A stretch of 33,950 nucleotides of DNA from Elusimicrobiota bacterium (lineage in GTDB: Bacteria; CG03; SLGR01; JBDRKX01), in assembly GCA_043813605.1 (NCBI GenBank), contig JBDRKX010000049.1, positions 1 to 33,950 of the forward strand, written 5' to 3'. Under the pieces are notes generated by a model that saw nothing but the letters and a program-made list of their open reading frames with translations, had not been told where the DNA came from and searched no databases. Made by a program: the position numbers and the translations under genes. Shown here piece by piece: positions 12,501-24,500 of the stretch (position 1 is its first letter; each line of letters begins with the position of its first letter).

Positions 12501-15500
12501 TCCATGAGCTGACGATCGAATCTCATCGTATTGAAAACCCTGGTCATCTGGCTGAAATCATATAACTCGGACACCATAACAGGCAGGGTGCCCATTATTT
12601 GAGGGCTCACACTGCGCCATTGCCTCAGATTAGGGGCTATTTCGAGCGAAAAGGCTATCGTTTTTTTGTTTGACATGAGTATGTCGCCCCAGTCCATTAT
12701 CCCGTTAAGTTCTTCGAGTATCCCTGTCTTTTCCGCCGCTTTTCTGTCATCGAGTGCGAGTTTTGCCATTGTACGAAAGAGCATGAATGCTCTCTTTGTC
12801 CCGAGCGCCTTGTCCCAGTCTATCCTGCCGTCAATCATGAAATAATCCATACCCCGTACAGTATACCGGAAATCTCCGTCAACGATCTTTGAAAAAAGCT
12901 CCGTGAATACGAGGTGATTTTCGGTATCGGAGAACAGGTTATATACGTGACTGTGTCTGCCGGACAGGATATCCTCGGCTAAACCGCTAGTGGAGAAGTT
13001 AGCTGCAAGGGCCGAGTCATATCTAGCTATCCCGGCAACCGTCTTGAACAGCATAAGGGATGTCTCTTTATCGATCACTTTTTCCAATACGATCGTGTTA
13101 CCTTCCATGAAACGCGACAGCGCTTCGCGCAATTCAAGCCTCACCATACCCCTCCTGTCAACCGCTTCAAGCATCGCCGGCATGATATCCTTCAGCCTCT
13201 TTGCCAGCCGCTCGCTGAAGTAAACGCTTTTTACGTATTTGCCCTTCATAAGGGACTCCACAAACGGCCTATTTACACTCACGGCATCGGAGAGTATGGC
13301 AAAGAGGTCCCCCGATGACTCACGCGAAGGGATGACCGGATTCCCCTGCCGGTCACAGAACATGCTGAAAAGTCTTCTGTATGTCTTTTTTATCTTTCCG
13401 TCTTTGCTCAGTATCTTTCCTATACCTTTATAAAAGGACATCATCGCGATAAAATAATCACAATCAAGAACTATCTTCTCGAGTTTAGCTCTGTCCTTAA
13501 GCAATTTTTTCGCAAACGAATGGCTCTTAGAATTAAGATAAGCGAGAAACTTCATCAGGATTTGCTCACCGCCAACAAGGACTTTTCCTTCCAGCCTTAA
13601 ACCTGTTACAATGTCTGATACAGTACCGGCTCTATCTATTTTTTTGGCAAAGTCCATGTCTACAGCGGCAGCGGAAAGAAGACCGGAAAGATAGCTGGTC
13701 TGAGCTGAACTGTTCGCGAATATCGGGATATTGATAACGCCGGTATCCGGATCGGTAAAACCTGAGAGGACGGCCTTGAACTTCCTGCGGGGTTTTCCAT
13801 GCGTATCCAGTTTATGGCCTACCGCAAGCGAGAGGTTCAGCATCCTCTCGGCGATAACTGTGTCTGCGAACATACGCTCGAACCATCCTGTTTCATTCAG
13901 CAGCCGGACAAAATCCGGATTACTGAAAAGCATATCGTTCAGCGCACTGAAAGCCGCAATCGTTGCCTGATCCCTGAACAATTTTGTCAGTGAGAGCTTT
14001 CCGTCCTGGGTGAACTCCCCCATGTATTCATGGAACCTTCTCAATTGCATTCTCTCGTCGAACAGGAAAGTAAGAGCGTCGGTGATATTATAGAATCCGA
14101 TCGCAAGTTCCTCGTTCTTCATTATGTTACTAAAGAACGGGTCCTCACTCACGCTGAGAGCAAGTCCCGGATTATTTTCCGACAATTCCATCAGGGCCAG
14201 CAGGATATTCGTCAGGGCCGTGTTCTTCAGTATAAGGTTAAACCTCACGCTGCCGTCTATATCTGTATAGTCTCTGAATAACGCAGCGTGTTCTTCACGC
14301 ACGGTACCGTCTTCATTGAAAATCAGCCTGAAATATCTGTAACCCGCAAGTGTTACCAGGTTCTGGCCGAGCCTCTCATTCTCAAGGAAATCCCTGAAGT
14401 AAGGCCTCGATACCAGCCATGCAGCAAACTCCATATTCTGGGGACCTTCATTTTCTCTGCCCTCTCTGAACTCGTCGAGCTTCAGAAGGGAAAAGAGTCC
14501 GAGCAAAGCTACGCTCCTTGAACTGTCCAGTGCGACCCGCCCTAATTCGAACACTCCGTCATCGTCTGTAAAATCCTTGAATATACCCCTGTGTATATGT
14601 GAAACTGTCCCGTCGCTCTCTATAAACCCTCTTGTGTTTCCTATGATCTCAAGAATACCAAGTAATCCGGCAGATACTTCAGGCAATGATTCTAGCACCT
14701 TTTCATCATCCAAAAACCGCATGAAAAGCGCGGGGCTGATTGAGGCGAGCTGCCCGAATACTGACGCTATCGACTCGACTGTTTCTGTATCTGCGGTATT
14801 TTCGGCAGTAAAGTAATACCCTATAACGCCGCTTCGGGCGAGTTCCTGCGAAAGAACCGGGTCTATCCCCCACACATTCGCAAGAGCCAGTATGTTCACA
14901 GCATGAACAGGATTATTTATGGATCTGCCTATGTCGAATATCCCGTCTTCACCCCTGTAATCCGATAACAGCGCACTGAATTCCGTCTTTATACTGCCGT
15001 CTTTATTCAGTATGTCCGGAAGTATTAATGTAAGAATATTGAATCTTTCAGCAGCCGCCGCACTCTTAGACGAATATCTTATTATGTCAGCCCCCCTTGC
15101 TCTTATCAGTCCCGGAAGAGTTTTTGCCAAGCCGTTCAGCTCGGTTATTATCCTGGAGGCTCCGACGCTTATATCGCCCAGCGACATCGAATATTTGCTG
15201 ACATAGTCCGCAGGCATTATCTTGTACAATTCAATTATTTTTAGAAATTTATCGCTGTCAGCTGAACCGAGCCCCTTCATACTATTTATTATCTCGTGAG
15301 CGGCGGCAGGATTGATGTTCCACAATCTGATGGCCGCAGCAAACAGTCGCGCCCTTTCAGCGTCGGAGAACAGCTCTTCAAGATCTAGTTTATTCACCGA
15401 CTCAAGGAGAAAACCTTCAAGCAGATCTATATATTTTTTATCTACATATCCTCTCTCATTGACGACCTCGGCAAGAGCGCCCGAGATCTCGTAAAGTATG

Positions 15501-18500
15501 CCGGTAAAGCCCTCGTACGCGCTGGTATCATCCAGAAGGCCCCTCAGTGCGAACTCTCTGGCCGCGGCGCTATTCTCGGCTGCAAGGTCCATTATCGCCG
15601 TAAAGACGCCTGCTCTCTCATCGGTCGATATGACCGATTCATAATCGAGTTCTCCCGTCTTTTTATCTATATAATGCTCCAGCCCTCTCGTGTATTTTAT
15701 GACACGTCCGGTCCGGTCGCATATATCCGTGAGCCGGTCGAACATCTCGAAGAAATTCTCCGAATATGTCTTATCTATCAGCAGTTTATTGAAAATATCA
15801 TGACTGGCGATGTACCGGGCGTAACCGCGGCTCTGACGGCTTATATTCACCATGGCCGCAAAAGTGTTCAGGTATGCATCTGACGAGACTATCTTCCTGA
15901 CGTCGAGTTTTGTCCCCCTGCTTATAAACGCCTTGAAAATATCTTCCGTCCCTTCAGATATGGTCATCTGATCCGTTACCAGGTCTCCCATACCCTCGGC
16001 CAATCTTAGAAGTTTTTCTGCCCTGTCAGGGTCTCCCAGGTTGCTGAAGTATTTCCTCGCAACCAGAATCGCAAACTCCGGACTGTGATATGATATCCCG
16101 ACAAGCGTCTCTATCTTTTCTATGAACCTGTCAGGAGCCCTGACTATTGAACTGCGATATTTTTCAAAGAAACCTTCCGAGTCCAGGCGCGTGGCCAGTT
16201 CCGGATCACTTACTGCCGCCGCCAGCTTGACCTTGAAACAGGAGAATTCACCCGGCATATAAAGTATCCCTGCAAAATTCGGCATACCCTCTACCAGGTA
16301 TCCCCCAAGTACCTTCCGGTATTTAGCTAGTACCATCCCATTTTCATCAAACAGCTTAGTAAAACCGGTGTCTGCAAGCGCTATCATATGCTCGTAATAT
16401 TCTTTACTCTCCAGGGCTTCTGTCATGGCAATGGTCATATTGACCGCAAGAGCGGGATTTGCCCTTGATATTTCCTTTACAAATGACATAAGCCCTCTGG
16501 TCTCTTCTCCCTTGCCCCCTGACATGATTCTGCTGTAGTCCAGCTTTTCCTTAAACTGCCGGTCAGCGCCCTTTTCAAGACCTGTAAATAAAATGGCCGC
16601 CACCTTCCCGAGTTCGCCGTCCTGTTCCAGAAGGTAATCGTCAATTTTTTCATCAGGTAGACTGAACCTCCTGCTCGTTATTGTCTTAGCTAAAAGACTC
16701 CTTAAAAGATACGTCATCAGACCATCCGGTACCCAGGTTATCTCCGATATCCTGTCTACTGCCGCAAGGACCCGCTCGATCCTGTTTAGAAACTTCTGCA
16801 CGGTCAATTCGGTAAGAGAACTTTCACGTGCAAGCAGGTCTTTTGCATCAAAGAAAGATCTGATCAGCATCGGAATCCTCTTCTTGAAACGATTGGTCCC
16901 GGATGACATTGCATTCATGGATTTATCCAGCGCTATTATCTCGTCGAAGAGATTCTGACCCCTTGTAAGCGCGCTGACCGTGACAGGCATGCCGCAATAT
17001 TCCAGCAGGGCTTTTCTCTCTACCAGGGTATCCGGATCATACGTAACCGTTGTAGCGGAGATAACATCTTCCAACCCACGATCGAGCATATTGCCTATCA
17101 CCCTGCGCAGTTCCTCCTCGCGGCCGGAGAACCTTTTTTTAACGGATTTAAACTTCATGAGCTCTCTCATGTTTGTCTCAAGCGCCATATCGAAACTCAG
17201 TCCGTTTTCAGACACTGTTGTATCTATACCTGCTTGTTTGGCTATTTCTATCCTGCTATCAATATCTGTCTCTTCCTTGAGTTTTTCCGGTGTATCAGCT
17301 TTCCCTTTAACACGTAAGGAAGCTAATGGAAGAAGTTTTTCCCTTATTCTTTTATTTATATAATCGGCAAGTTCGTTATAACCTACATGGAAGAGAATGG
17401 CGCCTATAAGACCAGTAATTATGGCGGGAATGGAACCAATTAAAAGACCGGCGGCAAATAACGCGTTCATAACGACGAACACGAGTCCGATGACAATGCG
17501 GTCTCTCAATGACGCCTCTTCGGGCGATCCGCGCTTGTCGAAAAGTACTTTTCCATGTCCGAAAGCGGCGATCAGAGACACCGCGAAAGAAAGCCGCATA
17601 AGAAAATTAACAGGCTCTATCTCGTAGAAACTGTTATAGAACCAGTACAATCCGCCCATCATCATACCCTGAAAGAAAAGACTCTCAACTGCTGCCGCTA
17701 TCCTGGGATATGTTTTTGCGAGTTTCTGGAAACCTGGTGTTACACCAAGCGGCAGAACCTGTTGTTGAGGAGCTGTTTCTGAAAGACGGATATCGCGGAC
17801 CATGAGCTGCGGGTGTTCCTTGATCGCTTCATCAATTGCCGGAATAAGCTCATCTTTTTCCGATATCAGATTATCATAGTACTTTCCGTCCATGGTCCAT
17901 ATGGATTTCGGTAGATTGGCTTCGAGCATCCTGAGAAGCTCCAGCCTGAGGGTGTCTTTATCCGGATCCCTGTGTTTCCAGCCGTAATCCCCCACAAACA
18001 GCGCGGCCCTGAAGACCAAAGAAATATCTTCAAGGTTTTTATCTTCCGCCGCGGGTTTGGCCCACCTTGCATCAACGATATACGCTTTCCTCGGGCCGCC
18101 GTTGATACTTCCGACGACTATGTTCCCAAGCTTAAAATCCTCTACGACGATACGTTTTTCCAAAAGAAGAGACAGAAGTTCTTTTACAAGATCGATATCC
18201 TCTTCAGAAACCGGGCCTTTCCCCAGTAATTCCTCGAGCGAGTCGCCGTCCACCATTTCGGTAATGATGACGGCATGATCGGCAATAGCCGCATATCCTA
18301 TGACCCGCGGCGACGCCCCGGCATCCGAAAGACGTCTGAATGAATCAAGCTCATAATCCGGCACCGAGCCTGACATCTTGCTCACCCTGATGACCCAAGG
18401 CATTGCCGGATGAGCATAGACGAAATTACTATTACCCGCTCCTATCAGCTCGACATCCTTCCCCTGGATAATAAGGATACCGGGTTGAGTGACGATCATC

Positions 18501-21500
18501 TTTGGCTCATAAGAATATTCATTCCATTCGGAGAACCTGTCCGAAATGCGGGATATCTCATCAATTGAGAATCCGCTGCGAAGCATAGTCAGCATTGAAG
18601 ATACCGCCTCATCTCTTGATGCCGGAGATTCCCTAAGGAGAGCGGCTATGCCTTCCAGGTCAGAGACATTTACCAGACCATCCCTCAGCATATCACCAGC
18701 CAGCGATACGGTTCCGGCCGGGTCACCTGACCCGGTGGCAATATCAAAGAGGAACGCAGCATCTTTTTCGTCTACCAGCCCTTCAGAGTTGAGTTTCTTT
18801 ACAGCCGGAAAGGCACTGCGGTATTCCGGGAATGTACCGTCAGTATATCTGTCCTGTCCGCGACCGAAACTGCTCAGCCTGAAAGCGGGATTTCCTTCAA
18901 GATCTTTCCCTGTTGCTTCCTCTAAAGTCCATCGTGTTATGGCCTCGAGGTTTTCAAGCCTGCCTTCCAGGTACCGGAGTATCTCCTGCGCTTCGCCTGG
19001 ATTAAAACCGGAACCTTTTATCAGACCCGGAAGGTCCTTTTTCAGTTTCCTGAAATCTTCGATGGAATCCTTTATCTGTCGGATATCATAATTCTCATAA
19101 TGCAGATCCGGAGAATCATCCGCATCGTGTTGCAGGTGCCAGCCGTATAGGTACAGGAATCTGTCCAGGCCGAGGGCCGTGTTGAATGAAAGGTCATAGT
19201 CAAATATGACAGGAACATCTTTTACCATACGCTGGTTTTTGTTGAAATGATCAAATCTGCCTATAAACGCGTTGAAAACAAGGATGGCACTGCGCGCTTT
19301 TTTCGGGTCTTTATGCACGAGTTCATCCAATGCATAGTCCTGTGCAAGCCGCGACAGGTAGCTGCCTTTTTCTGAACTGCTCCCGATCCCGGCCAGGTTG
19401 CCGACCTCAGACTCTTCCAAAGTTCTGATCTCCACGCAGTTGACCAGACCCCTGCCGATAAGGTAAGCAAGGAGCTCTATCCTGTAATCGTTCTGCCCCT
19501 CTTCCGGGAAAAATTCCCCATTTTTGTATTTCCTTTTTACAAAATGCTTCCTGTTCAATTCATCCTTAAGTATCGGATTGTAAGACTCCGGGAAAGACTC
19601 ATAACTGTACTGATGCCTGAGCTGCGGCTCTTCGCCCAGGGCAGAGTGCGCGAGCGCGGCCATAGATATCCCATCTGATATTTTCTTTCTCAGATTCACA
19701 CGCAATCCATAGCCCTGGTCCTTCAAGGATACCGGCAGACAGCTCAACCATTCCATATACGGCCGGGAAGCGGGAGTGTATACAGAACCGTTCTCAGTAA
19801 GATATTTAGCAGGATCTTCTTCCTTATATGAATCAGCCGGCAGGTCGTCAGTTATGACATATCCGCCGGGCTTCATGAACATATCCAGGCGCCCCATGAA
19901 TTTCCCGTATTCATACGGGATGCCCAGGCCAGCTTTCTGATAGTAGAAATCAATCCCGGCGGCAAAGGCCTTTCTCAGAACATCTGGGGTCTCAAACTCA
20001 TCTCCGATAAGATCTTCCGTCTTGCCGTCTATGAAGACAATGGAATACTCCTTTTCATGAGATGAACCCGGGTATTCCCACTTAAACCGCACACCCGTGT
20101 ACCCATCATCGGTGCTGAATACCGATGGGATTTCGGTCACTCCCATTGCCTTCAGTTCCGCTGCCAGATCCTCCGTAGAAAGCCCAATGACAAATATGCT
20201 GTTCGAGGTATTCCATCCTATATTCATCTTCTGAGAAAAGTATTTTAAATCTCTATATTCTTCCCAGTATTCGTCATCACCCCACTTTTTAAGGACTTCT
20301 TCGAGCTCCGTCTTGGAGAAATACCGCCTGTCTATAAAATAGGATTCTATCGCGTTCGTGGAATAGAGGTAGTTTGAAATATCGACCCCCGAACCGCCGT
20401 AGATACCGATGGTCTTCCTGTCATCAGGGTTCACGGTTTTCTTCACTTCCATATCCATTCCTACATATGCAACATCGAGCAACCCGTTTTCGGCGGGCCG
20501 CGTATCAACACCCAGCCTGCGGGCGGTCTCTATCCGGTATTCGGGTTCAATGGTACGCGACAGTTTTTCAAGTATATCTGCTTTTTCATCAACACGTAAG
20601 GAAGCTATTGGAAGAATTTTTTTCCTTATCCTTTTATTTATATAATCGGCGAGATCGTTATACCCTACATGGAAGAGAATAGCGCCTATAAGACCAGTAA
20701 TTATGGCGGGAATGGAACCAATTAAAAGGCCGGCAGCAAAGATGGCGTTCATAATGAAAAACACACCGAAAATGACCGCAGTATCCCGGAAACTCGCTTG
20801 TTCCGGAGGCCCTCGTTTATCAAAGAGAACTTTATGATGACCCAATCCGATGAGAGCAGACATAATTAAGGATGTATTTACAAGCAGATTTAACGGCCCA
20901 ATATCGTAAAAATAAGTTATTCCAAAATACCAGTAAGTCATAAAACTATGAATAAGAATATTCTCAAGCGCTGCTGCAAGCCTTGGAAATTTCTTTGCGA
21001 GTTTCTGAAAACCGGGTGTTACGCCGAGCGGCAGAACCTGTTGTTGAGGAGCTTTTTCTGAAAGACGGATATTACCGGCTTCTTCTCCTGTAAGTACTCT
21101 TCTTCTTAGCCTTGCCAGTAAATTATTATCCAAAATCTCTTCTGCTTCTCCCCTATGTATTCTTTCAATTTCAGCCAAAGGCATATTCATATTGTAATTT
21201 TTACTCAAACTACCGGTTCTGCTAAATCCTCCGCAGCCTCCGGGGAATAACAATTTACTTGTCTTTGCAGGTTTCTTATCTTTACTGCTGTCTTGAACAA
21301 GAAACTGTCTTATAATCAACGGCAGTTCATCAGGAAAGACATAATTATTTATTGTCGTTTTATTCTTATCCTTAACCTCTTTATATATATCCCGCCATGT
21401 CCAGTCTTTCTTGTATCCTTTAGCTAAATTCTCTACTATATCCGTGAACATATGATTATTCTGTGTTCCCTGGGCCATATTGCGGGTAAGGATAAAGTAA

Positions 21501-24500
21501 GGCAATACTTCATCTGATCCAATCCCTATTGTCTTGTTTTCTTCATAAGAATGATGCCTTGTATGTATAACAGCCACATCTTCATGACTTATTATTTTCT
21601 TCATCTCTTCTTCAGGCGCTTCATAACCTAGTATTATTCTTGATACTGTTCCGTTTATCTCTTTTTCAAGAACATATTTGACATACTTTTTATTCAATCC
21701 GTCAGGAATTACATTTGAAACTTTTGTATATCCCTGTTTCTGAAGTAGTTTTCTCAGGTCTTCTAAATAGCTTTCAGCTGATTTAAAAACATTAACATAA
21801 GATATCATAGTATCATTCTTTATCCAGTTCTTGTAATCCGGTTTAGCAAAATGTTTTATAATTGAAGGGATTTTGAATTTTTCAAGTTTACTGCGAGTTT
21901 TATTACTTAATAGTCCTCTTGTTTTATCTATAATGATTTGAGCTACTATTCTTTTTCTGGAATCTTTCTCCTTCAGCATATCCAGCAATAAACCTTCAGT
22001 GTTTTCTTTTATTTTACTGCCTTCCCATTTAAGCAATTTACTTACCATATCGACAGCCGATACAATATCTGAAGATTTATTTGAATTAATATAAGAGTCA
22101 AGGTTGATGAAAACTTCTTCTACTATGCCTTTTGAAAGATACTCTTCAAATAACGGGTCATTTTTTGCATATTTCCTGAAAGTCTCGTATTCCGCGCCCA
22201 TAAATAGATTTAAAGTAAATTCTCTCTGGTCATCGGCATTTGGGATTACCTTATCTATATATGCTTTTAATGAGCCCTGATATTGTTTATCTACAATTAC
22301 CTCTAATCTTGCTACAAGCATATTCATAGTAGAAGTCCAGAGATGATGGCTGGTATACAGGACCATGTTGCGGACCATTTCCGGGCTTGCTTCGGCGCAG
22401 ATCTTCTGGCGCATCTTTTCGCCCTCATCTCCCAGATCATGGAGTCTGTTTAGATTTGTTGCAGCAACATAATAGTAAATGTCTTTTTCATCATCACCGT
22501 TTCTGAAATCCATATATGGAAATAAAGAAAATACATTTTTTCCAAATGTAACTATTTGTTTTTCTGCCATTTTTATTTTTAGATTATTATGTTCTTTGTT
22601 GACATCCGAATTGCTTGGAATAAATCCTGTCAAATCATACATATATGAACTTAAGTCACGCAGCATGTAACATAAGTCGCCAAATAAATCCTCCACTAAA
22701 TGATATTTATTCAATTCTTTAATAAATTCCTGACTGGATCGACCTTGAATTATTTTTTTTATGATATAATCGCCCATCCAATCGCCATATTCCAATATTT
22801 TTGCGACTAATTCTGCTCTATCTTCAAATGACAACAGGATGTGATTATAGTCGATATTTCCCATATAGAACATACAATAATTAATCGAGGATTTTAAACT
22901 TCCTTCATATTTTCTGGGGATCTTCTTTTCAGTAGCCAGATCAATCAGTCGGCTGTAGATTATTTTAAAACCTTTATTCTTCCGCCAATAATTCGCCAAA
23001 TACTTATTATCGGTATTTAACAAGTAATTTTTCAATTGAGATGCTGCGGCAATGCGTTCAGTTTCCGACAGAGATCTATTTTCCATGACATTTAACATTT
23101 TTTCAATCTCCGTATTCAGATCCGGCTGCGCTTTCACCATCCTTGGAAATCCTAGAAAAATTCCCAAACCTAAAGTAGTCATTAATCCCATAAATTCCCT
23201 GCGGCTTATACTTCTTCGCATATCCGAATATTTTCGGTATTCCTTAGTCACATTTTCTTTGATTTCAGCGATTTTCATTGCAAGAGGTAAAAACGGATCT
23301 TTTTTTGTTTCTTTCATTCCCTTATTAATATAATCAGCGAGATCGTTATAGCCGATATGAAAAAGAATGGCGCCTATAAGACCAGTAATTATGGCGGGAA
23401 TGGAACCAATTAAAAGACCGGCGGCAAATAAAGCGTTCATAACGACGAACACGAGTCCGATGACAATGCGGTCTCTCAATGACGCCTCTTCGGGCGATCC
23501 GCGCTTATCGAAAAGTACTTTTCCATGTCCGAAAGCGGCGATCAGAGACACCGCGAAAGAAAGCCGCATAAGAAAATTAACAGGCTCTATTTCATAGAAT
23601 GTATTATAGAACCAGTATAGTCCCCCTATCATAACTCCCTGGAAGAAAAGGCTCTCGAGCGCCGCAGTAAGCCTCGGGTATATACCGGCAAGTTTCCGAA
23701 AACCCGGTGTTATACCGAGCGGCAGAACCTGTTGTTGAGGAGCTGTTTCTGAAAGACGGATATCGCGGACCATGAGCTGCGGGTATTCCCTGCCGTTAAA
23801 CTCATTTATATCCAGGTTAAAAAGGACTTCTACCGGGGCGCCTGTGTTTTTCGCCCTTCTCACGGCATCCATTACCTTAGCATCTTTCGCCATCCGGAAC
23901 GCTATACCCCTTACTTCTCTCTTTCCTTTAATAAGAGTTACCTGCAGGTGATCTTCTTTTTCACCGACAACCCTGAAATCCTTGAGCTTCATGCCGCCGA
24001 GCGCAAAAACAGGCGTTGCGTTGCCTGCACCGAACGGTTCCAGTTTTGAAAGGAGTTTTACGGAACCGACATTGACATCATACTCGGATAGACCCGCATC
24101 GACATTAACAAACGGTACAACATTCTTCTCAATCATCTGGCGTTTGACCGCCTCACTGTAACGTCTTTGCAATTCAGGAAGTTTATCCGCAGGAAGGCTG
24201 CAGCCGCCTGCAGCGTCATGGCCGCCGTATCCGAGGAAGAGGTCGCTGCATTCTTCGAGCGCTTCCAGCACGCTCACACCGGGTATGGTCCTCAAAGAAC
24301 CTTTTGCAATACCTTTTTCTTTATCAGCTGAAAGTACGACTGCCGGAAGGCCTGTCATCTCGACTATCCTCGATGCAACTATTCCTATGACACCCTCGTT
24401 CCAGTCTTCGCCTGCCATGATGACCGCGTAATCTTTTTCTTCGTTAAACTCTGTCTTGAGCCGCTCTTTGACATCTTCTACCATTTCGGCTTCGATCTCT

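Noticed and set aside
17397..23597. Two near-identical 76-aa plus ORFs (17397..17627, 23367..23597) as duplicated small genes or IS ends
   Set aside because: They are shadows of TM modules C and A; no transposase, inverted repeats or target duplications were seen.
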